A stretch of DNA of 64,000 bases from Lachnospiraceae bacterium (GCA_022510545.1 JAFLTG010000002.1:6623-70622), one strand, 5' to 3'. Shown: positions 19,712 to 30,035, counted from the stretch's first letter. A program made the numbers and translations. Notes: generated by a model from the sequence alone, not told the origin.

Positions 19712-21277
19712 TTCTACAACATTCAGACTATCAGGATTTTCCAGACTGTTGCTCCTGATATCAATTATAGGGCCGCCGTTTCCTTCTATATATTCTCTGG
19801 TAATGGTAATTTTGCCGATATTATCATCCTTGGGAATCTCATACATAATATCAAGCATAAATTCTTCTATTATCGCCCTAAGAGCCCTGGCACCGGTTTC
19901 CTTCTCCATTGCTTTCTCTGCAATCGCTTCCAATGCACCCTCATCAAATTCAAGCTTAACCTCATCTAATGCAAGAAGCTTCTGATACTGCTTCAGTATT
20001 GCATTTTTAGGTTCGCTTAAGATTTTTACCAGCAATTCCTTACTCAGTCCCTCAAGCGTAAAGACAATCGGAAGACGGCCGATAAATTCCGGTATCATAC
20101 CGAATTTCCTTATATCTTCCACTGTGACTTTGCTTAAAATATTTTTATCTTTATCGTATTTATCACGCAGTTCCGCATTATAACCTATAGAAGTCTTTTT
20201 ATTCAGGCGCTGTTTGATGATATCATCCAGGTCAGGAAAGGCTCCGCCACAGATAAACAGTATATTTCTGGTATTTACAGTGGCAAGCGGCACCATTGCA
20301 TTCTTGGAATTGGCCCCTACCGGAACTTCCACTTCAGCTCCTTCCAAGAGTTTAAGCATACCCTGTTGAACCGATTCTCCGCTTACATCTCTGGAATTAG
20401 TATTCTTTTTTTTGGCTATCTTATCAATTTCATCAATAAAAACAATTCCCTGCTCGGCTCTTTCCACATCATTGTCAGCAGCCGCAAGCAGCTTGGAAAC
20501 AACGCTCTCAATATCGTCGCCGATATATCCTGCTTCCGTTAAAGAAGTGGCATCAGCAATTGCAAGCGGAACATCCAGAAGCCTCGCCAGAGTTTTAACA
20601 AGATAAGTCTTACCGCAGCCGGTAGGCCCTATCATCAGCATATTGGACTTTTCAATCTCGATTTCATCCATTGTATTGGTAGCTACCCTTTTATAGTGGT
20701 TATATACAGCTACGGACATTACCTTTTTGGCATGCTCCTGTCCTACCACATAGTCATCCAGCTTCGCCTTAATCTTATGTGGAGGCATAATATTCTTTAT
20801 ATCGATAACAGGTGTATGTTCAGCCGCTTTTTTCTTTTTCTTAATCTTCTGCTTATTGGGAATTCCGCCATCACCCTGTAAGTCCGCCAGATTGACAAAA
20901 CTGATATTTGCAAAACCTTTACCGTTGCCTAAATCCGACATATTACCATTCAAGTTGTCCGGATGATTTAAGAGCCCCTGATAATCAAACTGACTGACAG
21001 TATCCATAGTCTTATGCATACAATCATTGCAGACGCAGATATTATTGGGCAGTTTAAACATCCTCCCCGTTTTGCTTTCCGGACGTCTGCAGATAAAGCA
21101 TACCTGTTCATACTCGTCTGTATTATCAGATTTGTTTGGTTTATCTTTTGAGGTTTTATCAGTATTTCCGGATTTTTCCGCCTCTTTCTTTTCTTCTATA
21201 TCAGACGGGGGTTCTTCCCCTTTAATCTGACTGTTATCAGTACTGATATTTCTATCGTCTCTTTCCTCTTCACTCAT
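19706..21277 (-). CDS. clpX: ATP-dependent Clp protease ATP-binding subunit ClpX
   Basis: C4 zinc finger (CFIC..CNDC), GPTGCGKT, DEIDKI, RDVSGE and TGARALR. Start could be 21331. Confidence 0.9.
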   Translation of the reverse strand: MSEEERDDRNISTDNSQIKGEEPPSDIEEKKEAEKSGNTDKTSKDKPNKSDNTDEYEQVCFICRRPESKTGRMFKLPNNICVCNDCMHKTMDTVSQFDYQGLLNHPDNLNGNMSDLGNGKGFANISFVNLADLQGDGGIPNKQKIKKKKKAAEHTPVIDIKNIMPPHKIKAKLDDYVVGQEHAKKVMSVAVYNHYKRVATNTMDEIEIEKSNMLMIGPTGCGKTYLVKTLARLLDVPLAIADATSLTEAGYIGDDIESVVSKLLAAADNDVERAEQGIVFIDEIDKIAKKKNTNSRDVSGESVQQGMLKLLEGAEVEVPVGANSKNAMVPLATVNTRNILFICGGAFPDLDDIIKQRLNKKTSIGYNAELRDKYDKDKNILSKVTVEDIRKFGMIPEFIGRLPIVFTLEGLSKELLVKILSEPKNAILKQYQKLLALDEVKLEFDEGALEAIAEKAMEKETGARALRAIIEEFMLDIMYEIPKDDNIGKITITREYIEGNGGPIIDIRSNSLENPDSLNVVEG

Positions 21278-21363
21278 ATTCTGTCCTTTACCTTCCCTCT
21301 TACATAAAATACGCTTTAACTTATCGAACATAACTTACCTGATTCTTCCGTGTTTTTTATTTT

Positions 21364-21392
21364 ATTATACTTTACACGTCAAATAAATGCAA
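21364..21392 (-). promoter_or_regulatory. SigA-type promoter of clpX
   Basis: TTGCAT-17 bp-TATAAT on the minus strand. Confidence 0.6.
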
Positions 21393-21397
21393 CAAAC

Positions 21398-21420
21398 AGG
21401 CTCCGCATTGGGCGGAGCCT
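21398..21420 (-). terminator. Intrinsic terminator after htrA
   Basis: AGGCTCCGC-loop-GCGGAGCCT followed by a U-rich tail on the minus strand. Confidence 0.7.
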
Positions 21421-21433
21421 TAAACAATCTATA

Positions 21434-23251
21434 TTAACCGACTTTATTACCCAGAGTAATTGTTACGGTTGTGCTTTGATAACCGCCGCTTCCGACTTTC
21501 ATAACCGTCATTTCCACAGTGTCACCCTTAGCATAATACTCTAAAAGAGTCTGCAATTCTTCCATAGAGGATACCTTTTCACCGTCAAACTCGGTAATTA
21601 TATCACCCTTTACCAAACCTGCCGCGTCGGCTGCGGTGCCGTTATATACCTGTGCAATATAAACACCCTCCGGCATACCATAGGCAGATGAAACTTCGGC
21701 AGTAACGCTTATACCGGAAATTCCAAGGAAGCCTCTTTTATCTTCTGCGACCTTATTCTTGGTTTCTTTTAACATCAATTCCGCAATTATCGGTTTTGCT
21801 GCCGAAATAGGTATTGAATAGCCCATACCCTCTATTACACTGCCGCCAATCTTATTGGAATTGATACCTATTACCTCGCCTTTGATATTCAAAAGTGCAC
21901 CGCCGGAGTTACCGGGATTGATCGCTGCATCTGTCTGTATAAAAATTCCTGTACTTCCGTCGGAAAGCTCCAGCTCCCTGTTAAGCGCACTTACAACACC
22001 TGTTGTTACAGACTGTCCATATCCAAGTGAATTACCTATTGCAATAGCAGGCTCTCCAACTGTCAGTTCATCTGAATCACCCAATGTAGCTATTTCAATC
22101 TGATCCAAAGTTGAACTATTAATATCATTCAAAGCAACCGCTATAACGGCAAGGTCCATATCAGGATCCGTACCTTTTACGGAAGCATCCACTTCGCTAT
22201 CCTCAACAAACTGAACCGTAAGTCTGTCCGCATCTTCAATAACATGGTAATTTGTTGCAATCAAAAGTTCCGTATCATTTTTGCCAACTATTATTCCCGA
22301 TCCGCTTGCCTGTGCCTCGCTTGTCATAGTCTGACCGAAATAAGACATTCTTTCGGTATAAGTATTGCTGATTGATACAACCGCAGGCATAACATCTTTT
22401 ACCACATCCGATACATCCGATACCACAGTAGTTACTGTCTGGGTTTTACGGACATCACCACCGTCCAAGCTGTAGGTTACGGATCCGGAAACAGCATTAT
22501 CGGCATCTGAACGCTCTTCGAGAGCATTGACGGTTTGTTCGTTATTTCTATTACCCAGCATTCCCGTAGCAGCCTCTACAGCATAAAATCCAAAACCTGC
22601 AAAAATTCCGAAAAAGAGTCCGAGTGAAACGCAGATAAGCGCCTTCTTTAAATAACTATTGTTATTTCCTTCTCTTTTCTTCTTTTCTTTCTTTTCTTTT
22701 TTCTTTTTTTCTGCATTATTTACAGCAGCATAACCGTTTGGATAAGTGTTTCCATACTGGTAACTGCCTCCCGTTTGCCTGTAAGGCGTATTGTTCCAGG
22801 TACCCGAGCCATATCCCTGTGTGCTGCCTGAAGCACCGGTACTTCCGTATGTGCTGCCTAATGTACTATTGCCACTGTATGCATTACTGCCTGCATTATT
22901 GCTGTTGTATGCGCTGCTGCCGGTATTACTGCTGCTATATACATTACTGCTTGTGTTACTGCTGTTATATGCGCTTACATCTGTATTCGAGTTACTGTTA
23001 TATGCACTTACTGTATTATTGCTATATTCATTACTATTATTTGCACTACTATATGCACCGCTATTATAAACGCTGCTGTCATATGAACTGTTCATATTAC
23101 TGTTATAGCTATTGGTGCCGCTATTTAAATAATTGCTTCCGATACTGCTGTTTGCAGCGCTCTCAGCATATGTGCTTTCACCGGAATACTCAGAATACTC
23201 CTTATTTTCTACATTCTGGCTATTTATGCCCGTAAAATCATCATCATACAT
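21434..23251 (-). CDS. htrA: HtrA/DegP serine protease with PDZ domain and long low-complexity N-terminus
   Basis: TNYHVI, DLAVI and INPGNSGGAL triad motifs; PDZ domain; single TM. Confidence 0.92.
   Translation of the reverse strand: MYDDDFTGINSQNVENKEYSEYSGESTYAESAANSSIGSNYLNSGTNSYNSNMNSSYDSSVYNSGAYSSANNSNEYSNNTVSAYNSNSNTDVSAYNSSNTSSNVYSSSNTGSSAYNSNNAGSNAYSGNSTLGSTYGSTGASGSTQGYGSGTWNNTPYRQTGGSYQYGNTYPNGYAAVNNAEKKKKEKKEKKKREGNNNSYLKKALICVSLGLFFGIFAGFGFYAVEAATGMLGNRNNEQTVNALEERSDADNAVSGSVTYSLDGGDVRKTQTVTTVVSDVSDVVKDVMPAVVSISNTYTERMSYFGQTMTSEAQASGSGIIVGKNDTELLIATNYHVIEDADRLTVQFVEDSEVDASVKGTDPDMDLAVIAVALNDINSSTLDQIEIATLGDSDELTVGEPAIAIGNSLGYGQSVTTGVVSALNRELELSDGSTGIFIQTDAAINPGNSGGALLNIKGEVIGINSNKIGGSVIEGMGYSIPISAAKPIIAELMLKETKNKVAEDKRGFLGISGISVTAEVSSAYGMPEGVYIAQVYNGTAADAAGLVKGDIITEFDGEKVSSMEELQTLLEYYAKGDTVEMTVMKVGSGGYQSTTVTITLGNKVG
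22840..23010 (-). repeat. Degenerate 30-bp (10-aa) tandem repeats in the htrA N-terminus
   Basis: SAYNSSNTSS/NVYSSSNTGS/SAYNSNNAGS/NAYSGNSTLG/STYGSTGASG. Confidence 0.65.
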
Positions 23252-23303
23252 AATAAAGACTCCTTCCTCCAATCACCATTTGGATTTCCTTAACTGTGAA
23301 CAC

Positions 23304-23355
23304 AGTATAGTCTTTAAATGTGTACAAATTGTGATAAAATTTTATTTAATTTGTG
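23304..23355 (-). promoter_or_regulatory. htrA promoter with phased direct repeats
   Basis: TATACT -10 on the minus strand; A(A/T)(A/T)TGTG repeats ending at 23322, 23333 and 23355 (11 and 22 bp spacing). Confidence 0.45.
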
Positions 23356-23395
23356 TTTTTTAGAATAACACATGTTGTTAATAGTTTCACAACCC

Positions 23396-23441
23396 GCGAC
23401 GTATGGGCGTAAGCACAAACTCGCAAACGAGCGTAGCTCGT
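23396..23441. repeat. Dispersed double-hairpin (REP-like) element, copy 2
   Basis: GCGAcGTATGGGC-gtaa-GCACAAACTCGC followed by ACGAGC-gta-GCTCGT. Confidence 0.7.
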
Positions 23442-23445
23442 CTTG

Positions 23446-25272
23446 TTATTCGACAGTGACTGATTTTGCCAGATTTCTCGGCTTATCTACATCACAGCCT
23501 TTTCCTACCGCTACATAGTAGCCAAACAGCTGCAATGGGATGATTGCAAGCGAATTGGCAAAATATGGATTTGTCTCAGGAATATATATGACATAATCCG
23601 CTGCCTTCTCGATCTCTTTATTTTCCTCACAGGTAACTGCCAGTACAAAAGCTCCTCTTGCCTTCACTTCTACCATATTGCTGATAGTCTTGGCATATAA
23701 ATCAGGCTGGGTGGAGACTGCAGCTACCAATGTACCTTCCTCAATCAGTGAAATCGTTCCGTGTTTTAATTCGCCTGCTGCATAAGCCTCGGAATGAATA
23801 TAGGAAATCTCTTTTAACTTAAGGGAACCTTCCAGAGAAATGGCATAATCAATACCCCTTCCTATGAAAAATACATCCTTGGCTCCGATATAACGGTTGG
23901 CAAATTTTTGTATCTTTAATTTATTGTTAAGCAGAAGCTCAATCTGGTCGGGAAGACACTTAAGGTCGCCTAATAATGAGGAAAAGGTTTCCTCAGAGAG
24001 CTTCCCTCTTACCTTTCCAAGCTTCATCGCAAGAAGATACATAGCAATAAGCTGTGCGGTATATGCTTTAGTGGTAGCCACCGCAATTTCCGGACCTGCC
24101 CAGGTATACATAACATTATCCGCTTCTCTTGCAATTGAGCTGCCCACCACATTGACGATGCCAAGCACCTTACAGCCCCTGGCCTTAGCTTCCCTAAGCG
24201 CTGCCAGCGTATCCGCTGTTTCTCCCGACTGACTGATCACTATTACCATAGCGCCATCTTCAAGTATAGGGTCACGATAGCGGAATTCCGAAGCCAGGTC
24301 CACTTCAACAGGAATCCTTGCAAGTCCTTCCAGAACATACTTACCGGTCATACCTGCATGATAGGCTGATCCGCAGGCAACAATATGTATTTTATTGATT
24401 GCCTTAAGTTCCTCATCAGTCATATTCAGTTCTTCAATAACTATATCATTATCTTTGACTCGTGGAGTCAATGTGTCTGAAACCGTCTTAGGCTGCTCAT
24501 ACATCTCCTTTAACATAAAATGCTCATAACCGGCTTTTTCGGCAGCATTAGCATCCCAGTCAATGGTAACAGGCTCTTTTTTAATCTCCTCTTCATCCAC
24601 CGTATAGAAGTGCATATGGTCATTACGAAGCCGTACTACCTCATGATTATCAACATAATACACTTTTCTTGTATATTTAAGGATAGCCGGCACATCGGAC
24701 GCAATAAAGCATCCCTCCTCATTCTGACCCACTATCAATGGACTGTCCTTTCTTGCTGCAAAAATCTGATCCGGGCAGTCGGCAAATACGATTCCAAGGG
24801 CGTAGGAGCCTTCCACACGGTGCAGTACCTTCGTTACTGCCTCCAAAGGATTTCCCTTATAGTAATAATCCAGCAAATGAGCCAATACCTCGGTATCGGT
24901 CTCGGAAACAAACGTATAGCCTCTTGAAATCAATTTCTTGCGCAATTGTATATAATTCTCTATTATTCCGTTATGTACAACCACAATGGTTTCATTTTCA
25001 TTAAAATGAGGATGCGCATTCAAATCGCTCGGAGCTCCATGCGTCGCCCATCTTGTATGTCCCACACCACACACTCCGGGCATGGTTTCTCCGCCATGTG
25101 TCAGGTTCTCAAGTATTTTAAGCCGGCCGGCAGATTTACGGATATTAATCTTTTCACCATCATAAACCGCCATTCCTGCCGAATCATAACCCCTGTACTC
25201 CAGCTTGGACAAGCCATCCAGAATAATCGGAGCCGCCTGCCTGCTTCCAATATATCCTACGATTCCACACAT
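23446..25272 (-). CDS. glmS: Glutamine--fructose-6-phosphate aminotransferase
   Basis: MCGIVG start, EYRGYDSAG, HTRWATHG and C-terminal PRNLAKSVTVE. Confidence 0.97.
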   Translation of the reverse strand: MCGIVGYIGSRQAAPIILDGLSKLEYRGYDSAGMAVYDGEKINIRKSAGRLKILENLTHGGETMPGVCGVGHTRWATHGAPSDLNAHPHFNENETIVVVHNGIIENYIQLRKKLISRGYTFVSETDTEVLAHLLDYYYKGNPLEAVTKVLHRVEGSYALGIVFADCPDQIFAARKDSPLIVGQNEEGCFIASDVPAILKYTRKVYYVDNHEVVRLRNDHMHFYTVDEEEIKKEPVTIDWDANAAEKAGYEHFMLKEMYEQPKTVSDTLTPRVKDNDIVIEELNMTDEELKAINKIHIVACGSAYHAGMTGKYVLEGLARIPVEVDLASEFRYRDPILEDGAMVIVISQSGETADTLAALREAKARGCKVLGIVNVVGSSIAREADNVMYTWAGPEIAVATTKAYTAQLIAMYLLAMKLGKVRGKLSEETFSSLLGDLKCLPDQIELLLNNKLKIQKFANRYIGAKDVFFIGRGIDYAISLEGSLKLKEISYIHSEAYAAGELKHGTISLIEEGTLVAAVSTQPDLYAKTISNMVEVKARGAFVLAVTCEENKEIEKAADYVIYIPETNPYFANSLAIIPLQLFGYYVAVGKGCDVDKPRNLAKSVTVE

Positions 25273-25273
25273 A

Positions 25274-26281
25274 CTAACTACCCCCTTTTTCTTCCTCAGA
25301 CACCCCATATCCCTTACTTGCATCAATCTTGCTGCTGGCTTTGATTATGTTGTCCATCGCCCAGTATTCCTTATTGGATGAACACTTAACAACAAGTTTT
25401 CTCGGCATTTTCTTATAGTTTTTGCCCAACTTATATCCCGCATACTTAAACCCGCTCTTTATAAAATATGCCGGAATTTTATTTTTCATTTTCATATCGC
25501 TCAAATGGGAAACCGTCATCTTTATAAGCTTGAGCCCTTCTGACTCAGAAGATATTTTTGCAAAAATCTCCGGATAATCCGCCTGAGATACTCCCAAATC
25601 AAAATTCCTGTGAAACTGCTCCATATTGCTGTAATCATGACAATGATATACCTTTGCATCCGGACAATAAGCAATTCCGTATCCTGCCTGAACAGCACCG
25701 GCCGCATAAATCATATCTTCATTAAATATGGTATGTTTTACAAATCCTCCTAATGAATCAAAAACTCTTCTTCTGTATGCCGCACATACATTTGAGCAGA
25801 AAAAAGTCTTAATTCCCATTTTCTCAATATCGGCCTTGGTTTTTACCAGTTTCTCATCGGGATAATTAAAGCTTCTTGTAAATCTCTCCACTTCAGAGCA
25901 GTACTCATCCGCAATCTGCCTTGCATAAGAAACGGCCACCTTCTCCTGTCTCAGTCCTTTGATAAGCTCTTCTAACACAAATTCATCAGCTAAAACCGCA
26001 TCCTGAGTCATCATAACAAAGACTTCGGCATCTGACAGGCGTACTCCTTTGTTTCTTGTGTTTCCATGATCATACTCTCTTTTTGAAATATGCCTTATTA
26101 TTACATTTTTATATTTTTTTGAAAAAGAAGATCCGTAAGTCAGACGATCAAAATATTTCTGCTCCGTATTCATTATTATAATGCGCTGTACCGGAATTGT
26201 CTGACAGGCAAGTTTTTCCATTAGATCAAGAAATTTATAATCCGGCTTATAAGTCGGGATGATTACATCCACTTTTAACAC
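25274..26281 (-). CDS. GT2 rhamnosyltransferase-like
   Basis: IIPTY, HGNTRN, MTQDA, ARQ and FNED motifs; GTG start with GAGGG RBS. Confidence 0.8.
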   Translation of the reverse strand: MLKVDVIIPTYKPDYKFLDLMEKLACQTIPVQRIIIMNTEQKYFDRLTYGSSFSKKYKNVIIRHISKREYDHGNTRNKGVRLSDAEVFVMMTQDAVLADEFVLEELIKGLRQEKVAVSYARQIADEYCSEVERFTRSFNYPDEKLVKTKADIEKMGIKTFFCSNVCAAYRRRVFDSLGGFVKHTIFNEDMIYAAGAVQAGYGIAYCPDAKVYHCHDYSNMEQFHRNFDLGVSQADYPEIFAKISSESEGLKLIKMTVSHLSDMKMKNKIPAYFIKSGFKYAGYKLGKNYKKMPRKLVVKCSSNKEYWAMDNIIKASSKIDASKGYGVSEEEKGGS

Positions 26282-26373
26282 TTTTCTTCCCTCAAACGGC
26301 ATAAGGAGCCTGCAAAATGTGGCTCCTTTGCTCTTTCTTTCTATATATTCAATATCGTTTACAAATTCACGAA

Positions 26374-27525
26374 TCAACGTGCGCCACTGGTGTCGGCGGC
26401 AATCTTCTGACTGCATTCCTTAACCGTTGAAGACGGTTCATATTCGTAATCATCAAATAGGAACTGATGCAGCCATTTAACATTTTCCTCCAAATCAACC
26501 GGTATAACACAGGAACCCTTGCTTCCGACAGTTCCGGTTGTTCTGTACTCCTCTGTCGGGAAACCGGCAGTTTCAGAGATATTGTAATCTGTTACATGTG
26601 TTAATACTTCTACAATCTCAGTCAGATCAAGTGAAGTATAAACTTCCGAAAATACATTGTTTGCAATCTGCGTAAGTGCTGTCGGTGTAGCTTTTCTGGC
26701 CTGGTCAGCAACCGCACTTAAAACCTCCCGCTGACGTTCCGTACGCCTGAAATCATCTCCTCCGCCATAACGCACACGGCAGTAACCGGTGGCCTGAAGA
26801 CCGTCTAAAAGAATGTATCCGGTTTCTCTAAGCGGTGTGTAATCTCTCTTTAAGTTATCAGCCATAGTCAACTGATAGCTGTTTAGGTGGGTCATTTCAT
26901 TATCATCCACATCGATGTATACTCCACCGAGTGCATCAATGGTATCGCTGAGTCCCGCAAAGCCAACGGTAACAAAATCCGTTATATTCATATCCAGATT
27001 CATATTCAACATACTGATTGCCATTTCCGCACCGCCCTTGGCATATGCGGCATTACACTTATTGTACGTATCATTGCTGAGATTAAGATAGGTATCACGG
27101 TAAACCGACACAAGCTTGCAGTCTCCGGTATCCTGATTAATTGAAGCAATCATGATACAATCGCTTCGAGTGTTCTTGGAGAGCGCACCTGTGGTGGAAT
27201 CCACACCGAAAAGTGCGATATTCCGATAACCTTTCATGGTTGTTTCCTCTGCCTTCTTTACCGTATCATTAATTATGATATCCTCGTAGTCCAGATCAAC
27301 CTTGCCGGCTTTTTCACCGGACAGGGTGATATACAATATCATAACCATAATAAGAAGTATGAATATTTCAACGATAAACAGAATTATTCTCCGTCTGGTC
27401 TTCTTTGCCTGCTCTTTCTTACTGAGCTTTTTGCCGGGTGCCTTTCCACCGGAAGATTTTGAGGCCGATGACTTTTTTACAGGCTTCTTATCCTCTTCAT
27501 ATGCATCTTTATTATTTTTTGTCAT
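26374..27525 (-). CDS. LytR-CpsA-Psr (LCP) glycopolymer-peptidoglycan ligase
   Basis: GVDS, RSDCIM, SVYRD and DDFRRTERQR motifs; N-terminal TM. Confidence 0.92.
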   Translation of the reverse strand: MTKNNKDAYEEDKKPVKKSSASKSSGGKAPGKKLSKKEQAKKTRRRIILFIVEIFILLIMVMILYITLSGEKAGKVDLDYEDIIINDTVKKAEETTMKGYRNIALFGVDSTTGALSKNTRSDCIMIASINQDTGDCKLVSVYRDTYLNLSNDTYNKCNAAYAKGGAEMAISMLNMNLDMNITDFVTVGFAGLSDTIDALGGVYIDVDDNEMTHLNSYQLTMADNLKRDYTPLRETGYILLDGLQATGYCRVRYGGGDDFRRTERQREVLSAVADQARKATPTALTQIANNVFSEVYTSLDLTEIVEVLTHVTDYNISETAGFPTEEYRTTGTVGSKGSCVIPVDLEENVKWLHQFLFDDYEYEPSSTVKECSQKIAADTSGAR

Positions 27526-27579
27526 TTTAAGTACTCCCTTGATTTCCTGTTTCACAAAATAAAGTAAGTTCCACTTAGC

Positions 27580-27607
27580 ATTATACTACATCTTGTAATA
27601 ATTGCAA
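27580..27607 (-). promoter_or_regulatory. SigA-type promoter of the LCP gene
   Basis: TTGCAA-16 bp-TATAAT on the minus strand. Confidence 0.5.
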
Positions 27608-27627
27608 TAACTAAATTTAGTATATCT

Positions 27628-29037
27628 TTAATAAGCATTTTTATTTATTAAACCTTTAAATATAGTCAAAAACATAATTTTAATATCAAAGGATATGGTC
27701 CAGTTCTCTATATAGAAGATATCATATTCAATCCTGCGCTTAATTGATGTGTCGCCACGGTAGCCGTTAATCTGCGCCCAGCCGGTAAGTCCGGGTCTTA
27801 CCTGATGTTTCACCATGTACCTTGGAATCTCTTCCTTAAACTGCTCTACGAATTGGGGTCTTTCAGGTCTTGGACCCACTATGCTCATATCACCTTTTAA
27901 TATGTTAAAGAGCTGAGGAAGCTCGTCCATACTGGTTTTTCTAAGCAGCTTTCCCACCTTGGTGACACGAGGGTCATCTTTCATGGTCCAGCCCTTTTTC
28001 TCCGCATCCGGTCTTTGCACTTCCATAGTACGGAACTTATACATTAAAAAAGGTTTGTTATGCAGGCCTATACGCTCCTGTTTGAATATAACCGGTCCTC
28101 TGCTGCTGCATTTTATAGAAATTGCGGCAATCAGCATAATCGGCGAAAAGACCACCGCACCGACTAAAGCCACCACAATATCCACAACCCTCTTTGTAAA
28201 CCAGTTCAGGGTATTGGTAAGCGGCACATATCGTATATTTACAACTGCAAGACCCATCAAATCCTCAGTATAGGGCCTGCTTGGAAACAAACTGTTGTAA
28301 TCAGGGATAAATTTAGTATGCACGCCGGACTTTTCACATGAATCAACAATATACTCCAAGCGGTCATAATTATTTAAGGACAAAGTGATTGCAATTTCGT
28401 CCAACTTGTTCTCCGGCAGTATATACCGCAGGTTGCCGATTGTACCTATAACCTTGACTCCTTTATAAACAGTTCCTCTGGGGACTGCATCATCCAGGAT
28501 TCCCCGTACGACATACCCCCACTGAGGATTGGAATTAATCCTGTTTATATACTCCTCTGCAGCCCTCGAATAACCCACCAGAAGAATATATTTTATGTTG
28601 TAGCCTTTTTTTCTGAAAAACTGCAGAATCTCTCGGATCAGGGTACGACTTATGGTAGTAAATATAATATTGATTATATAAAACATACCCATCATGGAAC
28701 GCGAAAAGTCCACTTGCTTAATTGCGTACCAACCCGCCATCAATATGATAATTCCTACAGTATTAGCCTGGAATATATTTATTATCGCATATTTATGCAC
28801 GGTTGCCCGTTTGGGCGTGTATAAATTAAAATGATAGTAAAGAATCAGATAACCCGGCACTATAAAATACAACAGTTCAAAATAGGTCTGCATATTAAGC
28901 ACGCCTACCGACGAATCCATATCTGAAAAAGGACTCTCGAACTTAATATACCATGCCAATATATATGAAATTGCAATAATAACCGCATCTATTAAAACGT
29001 GAAGCCGGTTAAAATATTTCTGGTTATCTTTAATCAT
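27628..29037 (-). CDS. Undecaprenyl-phosphate glucose phosphotransferase (WcaJ/CpsE type)
   Basis: Four N-terminal TMs; KFRTM, DELPQL, VGPRPE and PGLTGWAQ motifs. Confidence 0.92.
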   Translation of the reverse strand: MIKDNQKYFNRLHVLIDAVIIAISYILAWYIKFESPFSDMDSSVGVLNMQTYFELLYFIVPGYLILYYHFNLYTPKRATVHKYAIINIFQANTVGIIILMAGWYAIKQVDFSRSMMGMFYIINIIFTTISRTLIREILQFFRKKGYNIKYILLVGYSRAAEEYINRINSNPQWGYVVRGILDDAVPRGTVYKGVKVIGTIGNLRYILPENKLDEIAITLSLNNYDRLEYIVDSCEKSGVHTKFIPDYNSLFPSRPYTEDLMGLAVVNIRYVPLTNTLNWFTKRVVDIVVALVGAVVFSPIMLIAAISIKCSSRGPVIFKQERIGLHNKPFLMYKFRTMEVQRPDAEKKGWTMKDDPRVTKVGKLLRKTSMDELPQLFNILKGDMSIVGPRPERPQFVEQFKEEIPRYMVKHQVRPGLTGWAQINGYRGDTSIKRRIEYDIFYIENWTISFDIKIMFLTIFKGLINKNAY

Positions 29038-29049
29038 AAAATGTATCTC

Positions 29050-30003
29050 CTATACGAGCCTTTTTATGGTATTAAGCCACAAAAACATCTGTATCTTGCA
29101 ATATGATATAAAATTAGCCTTACTATACTTTATTTTGCGTTTTCTCCCCTCAGGCGAAACAGACAGGCGGATACCCTTAAGCAGACCTCTAATATATACC
29201 GTGCCTAAGCCTTTACTGATAAAAAACAGTATCTTTATGCCAAATCCAATCATCAGAAACGGAAGGTTTAATACGATTTGGGCATAAGGCATATTTTTAT
29301 AAATTATATAAATGCTGTTCCTCGCTGTCAAATCAGCCTTAAATTCATTATACCGGGACCCCGACACTGCGCTCCCTGCATGGTAGGCCCTTGCCCTTGG
29401 CGCAAATACATTGCGGTATCCGTATATCTGTGCTCTGTATCCCAGATCCACGTCTTCCAGATATGCAAAATGATTCTCATCCAGTAAGCCTATCTCATCC
29501 AGAATACTTTTTCTGTATATTGCCGCTCCTGCACAGGATGAAAAGATTGAATGACATTTACTGTAATTTCGTTCAGGCTTTCCCTTGCCTATTGCAAAAG
29601 CCCAGCCAAGCGAACAGTATAAATCACCTGCATCATCTATTTTATCCCTGTCATACATAGAAATCATCTTGGCCGCGGCAGAGAATATATTATCATCTCT
29701 GTCCATTATGCGCTCAAGCTCATTCACAAAACCGGGCTGCACCTGTGTATCATTATTCAGCAAAATAACATATTCGGTATCCGATGCTGCAATTCCTTCA
29801 TTTACAGCTTTACAAAAACCAGTGTTATTTTTTAATCGAATCGTTTCTACTTCCGGAAACTTCTCACATATAAGTTCATAACTTCCGTCCGTTGAAGCAT
29901 TATCCACCACAATTACATGCGCATCTTCCTGCTCCAATGAATTAAGACAGGTTTCAACAAAGCTTATTCCGTTATAATTCGGTATTATAATTGTGGATTT
30001 CAT
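29050..30003 (-). CDS. GT2 glycosyltransferase (WbbL/WsaD-like)
   Basis: IPNYN, VVDNAS, LLNNDT and YLEDVD motifs. Confidence 0.85.
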   Translation of the reverse strand: MKSTIIIPNYNGISFVETCLNSLEQEDAHVIVVDNASTDGSYELICEKFPEVETIRLKNNTGFCKAVNEGIAASDTEYVILLNNDTQVQPGFVNELERIMDRDDNIFSAAAKMISMYDRDKIDDAGDLYCSLGWAFAIGKGKPERNYSKCHSIFSSCAGAAIYRKSILDEIGLLDENHFAYLEDVDLGYRAQIYGYRNVFAPRARAYHAGSAVSGSRYNEFKADLTARNSIYIIYKNMPYAQIVLNLPFLMIGFGIKILFFISKGLGTVYIRGLLKGIRLSVSPEGRKRKIKYSKANFISYCKIQMFLWLNTIKRLV

Positions 30004-30035
30004 TTATTAAATCTCCATTTAACATTTGCAGTGTT

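Noticed and set aside
22738..23235. Cys/Tyr/His-rich 165-aa ORF (and Leu-rich ORF at 22791) on the + strand
   Set aside because: Antisense shadows of the htrA Ser/Asn/Tyr repeats; no RBS.
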